A stretch of 64,000 nucleotides of DNA from Takakia lepidozioides (lineage: Eukaryota > Plantae > Bryophyta). The notes under the pieces were generated by a model. The model searched no databases and had not been told where the DNA came from. It was given only the letters and a program-made list of their open reading frames with translations. Below, in pieces: positions 39,609 through 51,700 of this stretch. The stretch lies in contig CM060733.1 of NCBI GenBank assembly GCA_030704615.1, forward strand, positions 55,490,001 through 55,554,000, in the 5' to 3' direction. The stretch's first letter is position 1; every line of letters begins with the position of its first letter. The translations under genes were made by a program, and so were the position numbers.

Positions 39609-39853
39609 ATCGCCCCCCTAGCTGGTGCTTAGGTCCCTCTAAGTCCAGGTAGCCACAAGATGTGATAGTGACCATAGCCTCACTAAGTCCTCCACCACTG
39701 TTCCTACTACACTCAAACTCGATAGATCAAGAGGCCGGGTGCAAGAGTCGCCTCATCGTTAGTCGCCGTCTTGCAACCTGTGAACTTGAGGCTGAGATCT
39801 CGTGTATTGACTCTTATGAGCTTGGCCTCCCACGTCTTGTTAGCTGCCTCTAG

Positions 39854-41818
39854 TCATGTCCATTGCCACTTTCCCAAGCAGTGTGGACATAACCAATCTC
39901 CATCAGGAACCCTCTCAAGAGGTGGTATCAAACATCCCATATGCCAACCTCTTGAGCATCGATCACACACCAGCATGGTGGCTGCCCCTTTGGCAGACCC
40001 ACAAAACATGCACCTCAAACCTACAGGTACCACTGCCAAGTTTGGGTCAACTCTGCCATCGACATTGGGAAGGTGACACGGCGCACAATTACGCACATGG
40101 TCTTTCCAAGTCATGCCATCCCGACCCTCCAAGATCAGGACTCCTGAGGGCAACACCTCTCGAACCCTCAGAATAACACGCCCTGCAGTGACATCCAGGG
40201 TCGTAGGAGCAGTCTGCTGCAAATAAACATAGTCGTCAGGGCTAAACCTCCGAACCCCAGGACGATATCCTCCACCACGTATAGTGACATACCTCAACGT
40301 ATCATGGTGTTGTGCAATGACAAGGTTATCAAAAGCCATGGGCATGACTTTCTTGAACAACTCTGCACGCTGATCACATGCACGTACCCACACGTCCGGA
40401 TCGTCAAGGTTAAAGACTTGAGCAGTGTCCCTACGAATGGCTGCAGGAAAATCCGGCTCTTGGCCAAAGTGAAAGAAATATGGTGAGAAGGAGACAAGTG
40501 ATGCTTGTTTGCTGAACCTGTAGCCCATGGCTAACCAAGGCACCTGAAGATCCCAATCTCCTAGGTGTCCCTTCTGCAAGCCATACTTGCGCAAACCCCT
40601 CTTCACCGTCTGAACAACTCTCTCTGCCAAGCCATCGGCCTCAGGATGATCCCGAGAAGTGGTTCGGTGGTCTATCAAGGCTTTATCACACAAAGCCTGA
40701 AACTCCCCCAAGAACTCTCTCCCTTGGTCCGTGAGTACCTCAACTGGGGCACCGAATCGGCTAAGCACATAATCCAAGAATCCATACGCAGCCCCCTCAC
40801 TAGCCTTGTCAGGCAATGGAACCAACTCAATCCACTTGGAGAAGTGCTCCACCATCACCAACACATATCTGTGGTGGCGCATAGTCAGTGGCAACTGTCC
40901 TGCGAAGTCAAGACTCCACCTGTAGCCCAATCCCATGATTGGTAAATGATGCAACTGTGGTGTAGGGGCGTTGAATGAAGCACGCACCCTGTCACACACC
41001 ATGCACCTAGCCACGAACTGTTGCACCTCTGTATGCATACCACGCCACCAATACTGCCCCTGCAGTAAACTGTGAGTGCGTCGCACTCCAAAATGCCCCA
41101 ACTCCTCATGGGCATGCCGCACCAACCGTGCACGCTGTGTGGGGTAAGACACAATCCTCACCCGACCATCCTCCCATACTCGGAGCAGGTGCATCCCCTC
41201 CCACTTGAACCTCTTGGCTTGTTGTAGGATCCGATCCTTCTCCTTGGCAGTCACAGTGGCTGCCGTGTCTCCAGTACGGAGGTAGTCCAATACAGCCGAA
41301 TCCTCATGTATATCTCTGGTACCACCTGACTCGTCACTAGCCTCAGGGTCCTGAGACACTCCGTCTACAATAATCCATGTTGTAGGTCCAACTTGACCTC
41401 CCGATGCCAAGATATACAAAAAGGCAGATGCATGCCATCCCGGCACCATCTCCTCGTCTGTCTCACCATACCATAGAGCTCTGGTGTCATCCTGCTGGCT
41501 CGTGCATGGATTGCGACTCAATCCATCCGCATCCCGATTGACCAAACCCGGTCGATGCACAACCTGAAAGTCATACTTCTGGAGTATGAGTGCCCACCGT
41601 GCAAGCTTCCCTGTAAGCTTGTGTGACTCCATCAACCACTTAAGTGGCTGGTGATCCGTGATAAGGGTGAAGAGATTGCCATATAGATAGCACCTGAAGT
41701 GTGCCACGGCCCACACTGCAGCTAAGCACTCTCCCTCATATGAGCTATACTTAGCCTCTGCAGCGTTGTTCGAGCGGCTAGCATAAGCCACTACGAACTT
41801 TCTCCCCTCATCATCCAC
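39854..41818 (-). CDS. RNase H (part), integrase (HHCC and DDE) and C-terminal PHD finger
   Basis: VVAYASR, TDHQPL, H..LGH...CMVC, LDFAG, TDQGREF, DGLAER. C4HC3 finger CMFC...VCDRC...WHMGCL.PPL..VPDGDWLCPHC. Confidence 0.93.
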   Translation of the reverse strand: MDDEGRKFVVAYASRSNNAAEAKYSSYEGECLAAVWAVAHFRCYLYGNLFTLITDHQPLKWLMESHKLTGKLARWALILQKYDFQVVHRPGLVNRDADGLSRNPCTSQQDDTRALWYGETDEEMVPGWHASAFLYILASGGQVGPTTWIIVDGVSQDPEASDESGGTRDIHEDSAVLDYLRTGDTAATVTAKEKDRILQQAKRFKWEGMHLLRVWEDGRVRIVSYPTQRARLVRHAHEELGHFGVRRTHSLLQGQYWWRGMHTEVQQFVARCMVCDRVRASFNAPTPQLHHLPIMGLGYRWSLDFAGQLPLTMRHHRYVLVMVEHFSKWIELVPLPDKASEGAAYGFLDYVLSRFGAPVEVLTDQGREFLGEFQALCDKALIDHRTTSRDHPEADGLAERVVQTVKRGLRKYGLQKGHLGDWDLQVPWLAMGYRFSKQASLVSFSPYFFHFGQEPDFPAAIRRDTAQVFNLDDPDVWVRACDQRAELFKKVMPMAFDNLVIAQHHDTLRYVTIRGGGYRPGVRRFSPDDYVYLQQTAPTTLDVTAGRVILRVREVLPSGVLILEGRDGMTWKDHVRNCAPCHLPNVDGRVDPNLAVVPVGLRCMFCGSAKGAATMLVCDRCSRGWHMGCLIPPLERVPDGDWLCPHCLGKWQWT

Positions 41819-42096
41819 CTATGTGAGCACCCTCCAAGCCCCAGCATGCTCCAATCCGTATGCAACTGAAAGGGACGCCCCCTGATAGGTCGTCTCAGGA
41901 TAGGTGCCGAGGGCAACCTCGCCTTGAGTTCTTGAAAAGCTCGTTCCTGCTCATCTTCCCAGTGCCACTCCTAGTCCACCTTGGTCAGCTTGGTTAGAGC
42001 CTTTGCAATGGCACTAAATCCCTTGACAAACCATCTATAATAGTTTGCCAACCCCATGAAAGCTCGAACTCGGCTCACATCCGTGGGGTGTGGAAT

Positions 42097-42612
42097 TTAT
42101 GTAATGGCCTCTACCTTAGTCTGCTGTACCCCCAATCCTCCAGGATATATCATGTGACCCAGATACTCAATCTGGTTGTGGAAAAACTTGCACCTCCCCG
42201 GGTGCAAATTCAATCCATGTGCTCTCAAGCGCTCCAATACCACCTGAAGATGTTTCTCATGCTCCTCCACCGTAGCACTAAAAATGATGATGTCATCTAT
42301 GTAGCACCGAGCAAAGTCCACCCCTGCTAGAATCCTATCCATGACTCTCTGAAACTCTGCAGGAGCGTTCTTAAGCCCAAATGGTAAGAACCGCCACTGA
42401 TATAGGCAATCCTTGCCGTGTTCATTGATCCCCCAGAATGTCGTCTTCTGCTTGTCCGCCTCTTTGATCGGCAACTGGTGATATCTGGATCGTAAATCCA
42501 AAGTGATAAAGACCTTAGCATGCCCGATGGCATCAAAGATCTCATCTGGTGTTGGCATGGCATACTTATCGGACTTGGTCTGACGATTTACAGGCCGGTA
42601 ATCACCGCACAT
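42097..42612 (-). CDS. Ty3/gypsy reverse transcriptase
   Basis: MCGDYRPVN, LDLRSRYHQ, LPFGLKNAPAEFQR, YIDD. Confidence 0.95.
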   Translation of the reverse strand: MCGDYRPVNRQTKSDKYAMPTPDEIFDAIGHAKVFITLDLRSRYHQLPIKEADKQKTTFWGINEHGKDCLYQWRFLPFGLKNAPAEFQRVMDRILAGVDFARCYIDDIIIFSATVEEHEKHLQVVLERLRAHGLNLHPGRCKFFHNQIEYLGHMIYPGGLGVQQTKVEAIT

Positions 42613-43153
42613 ACGTCTCTCCGTCCAATTGCCATAGACATCATTCTTGGCGTGGCATCACTGTGGCTGAAGCATACTCTCTACCAGAGAGCTCTACCAA
42701 ACCTGCCTCCTAGAGATCTTGAGTCCTCATCTGAATCAAAGACCTCTCCATGTCACTATATCTATAGGGTCTCCGAAAGATTGGCGTGTCAGTGGCCAAC
42801 TCAATACGGATCTCTTGACCCTTCAGTGCTCCCAAGTCCTTCAAACTGAAGGCAAAGCAATTCCTGTAAGCCCTCAGGAACCGCCGTATACGTCGTCTCT
42901 CTCCTCCGGTGACAATGGGTCCAATGTCAGGCTCCCAATTGTTCTCCGTAACTGCAACCTTAACTCCAGTGGGCTTAGAGGTAGAGGACGCGTCCCGTGG
43001 TTGCTATGCTGCAACATCTTGAGTAGTGCCCGCTGCCTGCTCTGTCAATGACAAGGCCTCATCCTGCCCCATCATCTCATCCTTAAGGACCTCATCAACC
43101 CGAGAAGAATCCCCAACCTCATCCATCACCACCGCCTTGGCTGCCAACTCCTT

Positions 43154-44380
43154 CTAAACCTCGAGCACATCCCACATGTGCCATGGATGTCTGCACCCTG
43201 TGGTCCTCACTTGCTCGTCCCCACTCACTGCTTGTACCGTCTCGGTAGGCAGAGAGACCATCAAAGGAAGTGTACTCCGCACTCTGCGTTGCTCAACCAT
43301 AGCCAAGCTGATAATCCAGGTCAAGCGATTGAGATCCATTGCTTGCCCCAACACCTGACGACGTGATGCCTCAGAAAGAGACGACACCGTCGTGGTACCA
43401 GTGGTAAAACCCATCGCCCGCTCACGCTCGTCAGCATTAGGCTCCACTAACTGCTGCAACTGAGCATCCCACAGGAGGCCAGGTCCACTATCCCGGAAAG
43501 CGTGCGATCCTGGGAAGCTGAGCAGTGTAGGTAATGTTGCTCGTGGTTGACCCACCCTGTTGACCACTGCCAAAGACGAACGGTCATCGTGTCTCACACG
43601 CTGAGACTGCCTCCCTGTGTCTAAAATGCTATCCACTGTGAGGTGTGCTGGCCGTTGTACCCCATCAAATGCACGCTTGAGCAGTGCGGGTGGCATCAAG
43701 TTAGTCCACCATAGCCGTGGACGATGAGCCCGTGATCCCACTGCAGCTGCATCCAGCAACACTGCTGACCCAAGCCACGACCAGACTTGATGCACACTGG
43801 CCATCACCCTGGCCCGAGAATCGCCCATCAGTGGCACATTCTCCAAGATGTATGTTGGAGATACAGCTTGATGAAGCTGCAAGTGGTGCAAAACCCGCAC
43901 CATCTCCCAAAACAGACCCGACCTCGAGTATCGCAATCCATTGCCATGCCCGGCTGATGAATGCCTTTGGCAGGGCCAACCTGCCACTACCAGATTAATG
44001 GAGCCAACCCGCTCCAAATCCTGCGCCCCCATCAACGAAATGTCTGCTGGCAAGGCCTGCTGATATCCACCAACTGCAGACACCGGCAACAACTCAGGGT
44101 ACTGTTGCACCAACTGAGCAACATGGCGTAGGGAGACGCTTCGTGCAGTCTCATCCCTCTGCACATACAGATAACGCCGAACTCATACACTTGATTATAG
44201 CACAACAACCAATCCGGTGTTGATCCCGCCAAACAAGTCTAGAAGACAAATGCCTTCATCCGGATACTGCCACACAATAGGTGTGGTGTCCATTGGAGAC
44301 AACTGAGGTGGTCCTGGTGCAATCCCCGCACTCTCCTCCTCTCCTGATGGTACAAAAGCCTCTACCCAGGCTTGTTGCAC
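43154..44380 (-). pseudogene. DNMT3-like DNA (cytosine-5) methyltransferase domain inside pol, with two in-frame stops
   Basis: Motif I LDLFGGINTG, IV AGWPCQ, VI ILENV, VIII AHRPRLWWTNL, IX ERERAMGF, X RQVLGQAM. ORFs 44195-44380 and 43154-44164 are in the same frame, separated by TAA and TGA. Confidence 0.92.
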
Positions 44381-44605
44381 CGTCGATCAGCCACCCGCTG
44401 CAAATCCTTGCTCTTGCCCCACAATGAAGTTTGAGCAACCATGGCAGACAACTCCACCATACCATACATGTCATCCTGCTATCCTGGAGGTGTGTCATCC
44501 TCTGAATGAGCGTTGCCCTCTAGCAACTCTCCAGACCAAGTCACTGCAGCTGTGAATGCTGCTAGTGTCGGCATCTTGTCCTGCTCCTATGAACGTCACA
44601 GGGAG

Positions 44606-45040
44606 CTACACACGCCGGCCCTCCCCTGACTGCCATCCAGGCCTATAGGAAGCTGACTCCTCCCAAAAATCCAGGGTGAAGCCCATGGGGTACACCCCAC
44701 CAACCATGACATCGTACGATACCGCGTCTGTCACAATGGCCTTGGCTCGCATCACTGAGCCATCTGTAGGGTGATCCGGCCGTAGTCGGATAGCCATCTC
44801 ACGCCGTGTCATGCCCCGAGCCTGCTCCAATCCTCCCAGAGATGTCTGTATCTGGAAAGGACAAGGCTTCATATCCGCCTCCGTGAGGCCCAAGCCTGCA
44901 ATAGCAGCTCTACCCAGCATCAATGGCTGAGCTCCTGAGTCCAACAAGACTCGCAGTGGCCGGTATCTCTTGCCTGCCGGTCCACTCAAATAGAAAATAC
45001 CATCCTGGTTGTCTAACATGACAACCCCAAGTGTCACCAT
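44606..45040 (-). CDS. Retroviral-type aspartic protease
   Basis: VLLDSGAQP active-site motif and a downstream YDVMVG motif. Confidence 0.8.
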   Translation of the reverse strand: MVTLGVVMLDNQDGIFYLSGPAGKRYRPLRVLLDSGAQPLMLGRAAIAGLGLTEADMKPCPFQIQTSLGGLEQARGMTRREMAIRLRPDHPTDGSVMRAKAIVTDAVSYDVMVGGVYPMGFTLDFWEESASYRPGWQSGEGRRV

Positions 45041-45837
45041 GGCGCGCTCAATGGTTGGTCTAGCTGGCAGCTCCGTTAACCTGGCAGCTGCAGCTTGTCA
45101 TGGCGCCGCCGTGGCAGTCTTGACCCTCAAATTCGAGGATCCCTCCGGCACTACATCTCCCACTATCTCCGCAGAAGATGAAGTAACCTCCCCACTCTCA
45201 CAGAGTGTAGCTGCTAGCCTGAACACCTCAGCTGGTCTTAACCCCGACGTCGCAATTATGGTAGCTGAGAACAATGGAGCCTAACACACAGATGTGGCCG
45301 CCCCCAGCAGCACACTAGCTGCCGTAGCCTTGGCAACACTAGGTAGTGGTGCTGCCCGTGTGGCTCTCCCCAATGGCATAATAACCTCTGCCTTAGTAAC
45401 AGTCGGGCGAGAACTAGGTGCCAAGGATGGCGTCGACACTGTCTCCGCCAATGTGATGATTGAGGAAGCCTAGCCTGACGGCTTGCCTCCCCACGCTGTG
45501 GATCCAATTCCACCTCTGCACCTCGTGGCTCAGGAACTCGTGCTGCTCCTTGGGTCACTGCCGCCGCCGAATCCACTTGCACTAGTGGTAGTGCTGCCCC
45601 GCACATGAATCCCATGCCTCCCATATCTCCTCCCTCAGGAGCAAGAGGTGGACCATCCGGCCTTGGAGCCAGTACCACCTGAGCTGTAGTCATGTCAGCA
45701 AGCCTCTGCTCTAGCTGCTGAAGCCGGTTAGCCATGCCTTGGTCAACACCCTAACCTCCACGTCCTTGGCCATGTTGAGCTTGCCCTTGGCTTGCACCTC
45801 GTGCCTGGCCACCTCGTCCTCTCTGGGCTGCTCCACC

Positions 45838-46948
45838 TCACCCCCGGCCACCATTGTTCCCTTGGAACTGGCCTGGGCGCAACTCATGATGCAAACCATA
45901 ACACTGGGCCTCTCCATGCCCGTGCTTACCACAATGCCCACACTGCAACTGTGCAGGCTGTGCATGTGCCGGCCCTTTGCCTCCCTTTGGGCAATCTTTC
46001 TTGACATGGGGTCCTCCACATGTCCAACACACCACCTCCGCCCGTTGTTGGCCTGCAAATGAAGGGGGAGACCCCTACATCTGAGGTCCTCTCTGTCCTT
46101 CCCTGGGCTTCACCTGAGCCCCATTGTTGCCTTGAGCACGTTGAGGTAGTGGTTGGCTAGAAGCACCACTACCCTGTGGTGTCTCCTTAGCAAATCCCAC
46201 CATGACCATTCATTCCTCCACCATGTTGAGCTCTATCCACTCTGCCAGCAAAAACACATTTGCTAAGGTGGGTTGGGCCGCTTGTAGGAGAGTTGCATCC
46301 CGCACCCTTCTCCTCAGCTCTTTGTCCAATATCCCATACCAGAATTGGACTGGATACTGGTGCTGGTGCGGTAGTGGCTTGGGTGGACGTCATAGCTACG
46401 GTACCACTAGTCCCACTGCTGCTTGTTGAAGCTGCCGGTGCAGCGGCAGGTGTAACCACTGCCCTCGTGGCTCTAGTGCCCCTAGTGATGGAGACATAGT
46501 CGGGTGACCAGTACATCTTCCACTCCTTGATCTCAACCTCATGCCCCCACCTGAACTCATGTTAATCATCCATAGGCGGCTCCTCAAGGTACTGAAACAG
46601 CCCCTTCCATGCCATGAAAGGGGTAAATAGTTGTGGATTGCGCATTTGCTGCAAATCACACCAACTATCAAACTCTTAGATAAAATCATCCAACTCAATG
46701 GTGCCCACCGCCCCAGAGTACCTTCGTGGCCCTTTGGTAGCTCCATACATCTCCTCCATTGTATCCCACAACAATGGCAAGGAAACAACTTGCTCCGCCG
46801 GTGTGAGTCCTCTTGATTCACAATCCGAATCAGAACCTTCCGTAGAAGACACAGGAGGCGAAGGTGGCCTAAACCGCACACCTCGTCTCGTGTACCCATT
46901 AGTATCGCTAGTGCTCGAACCGGCATTCTCCCCAGCAACTAGTGGCAC
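45838..46948 (-). pseudogene. gag with two zinc knuckles, frameshifted
   Basis: CWTCGGPHVKKDC and CGHCGKHGHGEAQC; upstream YSG....LDDFI.EFDSW. Confidence 0.75.
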
Positions 46949-47149
46949 CTCCGTGTTGACAAACTGTCACTCAACCGGTCATGAACATGTCCCTAACCCC
47001 CTCTCCACAAGGTAACCGGGTAGAGAACCTGTTGCGGCTTATGGTTTGGAATACTGGGTTCCTAACATAGCCTACACCTGCACCTGCATCCACCGCAAGC
47101 ACTCATACGGTTGGCTGGTCATCGATGGTCTGATTGGTCATCACCCCAG

Positions 47150-48219
47150 CCTCACCCTCTTTGGGATGTTTGCCAAGCTCGCCTAGTGTGTCGCGAATGG
47201 AGAGACATGATATACCGAAATACATTCCTATGTGATCGTGCAACTAGACGTGATTACAGAAGTATATATTCCCCGATGATTTTACGTGTGACAAAAGGAG
47301 GAAATTGGTTATGGTCAGTTTACGATGCCTCGTTGCAGAAATGGTGCACCCTGCCTTCGTTGACAATTGAGTCAATTCCAAAGGCAAAGTATTACGAGGA
47401 TTTTTTAATCGCAGGAGGTGGGGGACTGTTGTGTGTGGATGTGACAAATTTCCCTGAAACGGCCAAGCTATTCATATGCAATCCCGTAAGACAAGGTTGG
47501 AAAGAGCTGCCGCCCTTAAACCACCAACGACATCCTGTTCTAATGCATGTGCTGGCTGACAAGTCCACGAACAGTTACAGGATCATTGTGGCTGGGAGTG
47601 CATCATCCGGAACTGGGCACCTTTCTAGGAAAACAGAGGTTTACGATTCTAAGACGTCGGAGTGGACGGAAACGGGGGAGTTGCCTCTTCCAGAGTTTGG
47701 ACTTAATGAGTATCAAAATGGTGCATATTGCAATGGGGTGCTGTATTGCCTTGCAATAATAGACATGGGTAAGGGTGTATTAGCCTACGGTGTAGAAGCA
47801 GGAATCTGGTCAGAGTATACCTGGTGTATGATCCCAATCTTGAGCGTAATTCCTGATGCCTATTATGCGACTACACAGGTCGTGGAATGTGGAGGGGAAA
47901 TCTACCTTTTCGTGGAGCAAGAAATTGGTAGATATGTGCATACTTGCATTTCCAAACGTCAGTCAAATGGGTGGTCATGGATAAAGTTAGTAGACGAGTC
48001 TTGTGGAATACCCAGAGTACACATGTGTTGCACTTGGGGATCATCAACTATGTATCTGCAGCTCAGTTTCACACACCATGGTCATCTACAACTTTCAGGA
48101 CGAGGACACTTTTTGTACGACCATACCTCCACCAACAACTCCCGATCAATGAGGCAAAAGAGTTGCCATTTTAAATCCACTAGCATCTCTTTGAGCCAAA
48201 TTTTCACATGTCGGCTTAG
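47150..48219 (+). pseudogene. F-box/kelch-like protein, N-terminally truncated and frameshifted
   Basis: F-box tail PLWDVCQARLVCREW, GGLLC, ICNP....WKELPP, TEVYDS...W. The C-terminal YPEYTCVA...FEPNF lies in another frame, and there is no ATG before the F-box. Confidence 0.75.
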
Positions 48220-48748
48220 TTTTGAGATAATGAGTGATTGATTTATTGACTTTTCAAAGGAAGTGAGTTCTGCTCCAACTTATGCATACATCCGACATTA
48301 GTATTTGGTGAGGGAGGAGAGAAATGAACGCACTTCCAGGCAATGTGCTCTCAGATAGCACTCAGTCAATCAGGTCCCATTCAAGTATTTCAGAAGAGGA
48401 ATAGATGATAACTGCTGACAGTGTGTGAATCTTCGGTGGCTAAAAGGACTTAGCTGGTTACAGGGCCTGGTGTCACTGAGACCCTCGACCCTCAGTGCTC
48501 TTGGGTCACTGCCTTGGAAGTACACGTCATTTGATTACTATGTAAATGGAAGTGTTGGGTGAATTAAGCATTGGGCAACCCCACGGTGAACTCCAATGGT
48601 GAATTTTTGTGTGAATCTTCAGTGCTAGAGCTGTAAATCTTGTTCATACAGGCGGAGAGCATGCATTGATGCTTCACTCTTTCGGTCAACTCAGTAAATC
48701 CATGGTACCAGGGGAGCGAGCACGCATCTTTCAATTAGGCCTCTGATT

Positions 48749-51700
48749 CTATGTAGTCATGTGAGATTGTTCCTCCACAGCAAGCACAGAAAAAAGCAAG
48801 CTGGTCTTCTGCATCGCCTTAGGAAGCTCCTGCATCACCTGTGATTCCACATGTTGTTGTCACTAACAATTGGCTAGCTGATGTCACTAATACAACACGT
48901 TCACTCAGGGAAAGAGGAGTGCAGTGCAGGCTTGGGCGCAGTGTGTGCTCGGCTTGATTTCCAAAGCAGGTGGTAGATGCCATCCCCCTAATCATGCTGA
49001 TGAATTCATAAGATTGTTGTGATAAAGATATGTTCGCCATACAAGAAGCTACAGTTGGCACCAACAAAGAGGAACATGAAGCAGCTAGCAGGAGAACCTG
49101 CCTTAAGTCATTCACAAAATGGTCCCAAACCACAACTATGCTTTTCAAATTGTAGGGCAGATTGGTTTTCAATCAGAGCCGGCTACCCCCTTACTTCATT
49201 GTAGTGGTTCCAGAGATACCTGTTCATGGTCATCTGCCAGGGCAATTGAAGAGCCTGCACTATTAACTGCTGCAATGAACACGCGGAGTGGATCTCGTGC
49301 TTGCTGCAAACCCAACCAACCCTGGAGCTCAGGCTCAGCCTGACCTTGTCTCACCGAACTGTAGTCCAGTGGTTCCTTGTTATTGAGCAGGGGACAAGTA
49401 AATCAAAGGCACCTGCTTAAAATGTGTTGATATTTTCAAAATAAAAACAAGGGAGTGGAAGTAATACCGGCGGGTAGTCGCGATAGAACCTCACAGCCTT
49501 GGACTCCGCCAATATGGACATGCACTCCACTGCTTTTGCCCCGACCCTCATACCTGCGAAATCAGGCCAATCATTAACTTTTATGCAGCTGTGGCTAACC
49601 AGCTCCCAATCTACCTCGCTTTATCGAACAATCACTGTAATGAAGCAAGGCCATCACACCCCAGGTGGAGCCTGTAGTCCCCATCCCATAATTGAGTACA
49701 ATTTGTGGCCACTCCGACACTTTCTGCAACACAACAGAATGTTTGCCACACCAAGGAGAAGGGAGGTAGATAATGTTGTAGAAAACGTGTTTTCTACTAC
49801 ATTCTCTACCTCCCTTCGGCCACCACAACATTTTTTAAGAAGATGAGAACACATAACTAACAGCAACTGAAAGAAATTGAAAAATCAACGTTGAAAAAAA
49901 TTTGCTACGTATAAAGCATTTAATAAAGAAAGAATGCTAGAAAAACTACTTACCTGTGGTGAGATGAGCAACATGAATCGCAAAAATGTGTGCCATAAGT
50001 CGTAGGCATGCATTACTCCCATCCTTCTCTTGTGCAGCACCTCGCCCAATTTGTCTTAGGTACTGCAATGCCCCACCTTCATCAACTTTACCTATCCATC
50101 CACAAGAGTCCATGACCAGGTCAAAATCACTGCCACAACCAGACCATGTGTTTGATCTATCAATTACCTACCTAGGCCACCCCTGGAACTTCAGAACCCT
50201 AGATATAGACGTACCTTCACATATGCAGTTGTTTGAATAGTGGGCACTGGCAAATCCTTAGGAGTGCCACTGCGTCCAGTGGCTGCCCTGGACAAGGAAG
50301 AAATGTCGGCCGTAAGCTCCTGCAGGTGCAACAACACAGTGAGAGTCATTGCCAGACCGGGATGAAGGTCAAGATTTTCACTCCTATCACCATCTTCCTG
50401 ACACCTAGTCTTTTGTATGGACATAAAGCATTTCATCCATTGACACGCTAGCTCCCAATTACACCACCAACTGACCGTAACAAGTTCTGAGACCTGTGGA
50501 CGCATGATCCCAGGTACCTGGTCAGTTCCCTTGCAATAAAGACCCTGCCTAACCTACACACTCACACTTCCATCAGAGTCTGCGTTGCATTTCTACAAAG
50601 TGGTATAGGCATCAGCCATACTCAAAGGGGACGCACATATACAAAACAGAGACAGAGAGCAGGATGCAAAAGGAATGTGGCTGACCTCAGAGCGGTCAAG
50701 GCCAAGAGGGGTATCGAACACGGCAATGGCCGTGGCTGCTCTGCTATCAGGGACCTGGCTGTGGCCTGTGGAAGGTGCACCATCATTGATAATTGATTTC
50801 TTGACAGCTGCAATGACCTCCCTCAGAGCTTCGTAGACTGCATGCTACAACACAAAGACCACATATTCTAACTACCAGGGACTTCACCTACTCGAACTGG
50901 TCACTTACACAAATTGTATATCAGATTATGCAATGCAAAATAGATAATATACACAGCAGGGAACATAGAGCAAGAAAAATAGTAGAGACCTGATCCTGCA
51001 AGAACTGCAAATATCGGTCCTCACTAAAGCTCCACCGTTCAAAAGGTGGCAATGGTCGCGCTTGAGCCACCGATAATTCGCCCTGTCCGTCCACCCATTA
51101 TCCCCTGCGTCACGTTCGCTTCTAGTGTCTCAACATTAGGATGATCAATCGTTGTAAGATGAAATCATGACGTGCATACACCGTAAGTTAGACGCCACAA
51201 AAAAATTAGCCAAAATACCTTGGAATCCAGAAGCTGTAGGCGACGGACAAGCTGTTCATAAAAAGGGGCATCAGTTTCTTCAGAGCTGAAGGCTGGGCTA
51301 AAGCTCTTCAATCTGAGATTATCCAGTTCTTGTTCACCGCCTCCCTCGGAACCCCATGATTGTACCCGCACAAAATCCACCTTGCCCTTGGCTGCTGCCT
51401 CTGGATCTATGCCCAGGCCCTTGGACCGCTCATCTGCGCTCTCCTGCAAAACCCATTCAACAAAGAAGGTTCTATGATCGTCGCCAACACTCTCACAGCA
51501 CTAGAACGTAAGACACGAGAGAGGCGTACAATAATGGAATTGAAATAGGAATCACAGGGTAAAAGGGAGTACTTTCTCCACAGCCTTTAGAACATTTTGC
51601 AGCTGCTTGGACCCCTCCCTCACAGAAATCGCACGTTTATCTCCTTTGTTCCCGATCCCCTTTGTCACGGGCCCCTTAGAGGAACCCTGCTTTCCCCCTT

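Larger units (their letters stand above)
38903..46948 (-). mobile_element. Ty3/gypsy LTR retrotransposon copy B: gag, protease, DNMT3-like MTase, RT, RNase H, integrase, PHD (5' LTR not found)
   Basis: The domain order is read directly from collinear - strand ORFs (see sub-features). Several stops and frameshifts. Confidence 0.92.

Noticed and set aside
40294-46060. Numerous + strand ORFs over the gypsy element
   Set aside because: They are antisense shadows of the GC-rich pol and gag frames with no independent motifs.
49465-49555. tRNA/SINE-like sequence on the - strand
   Set aside because: Better explained as a coding exon (GMRVGAK...RFYRDYP) of the heme-oxygenase-like gene.
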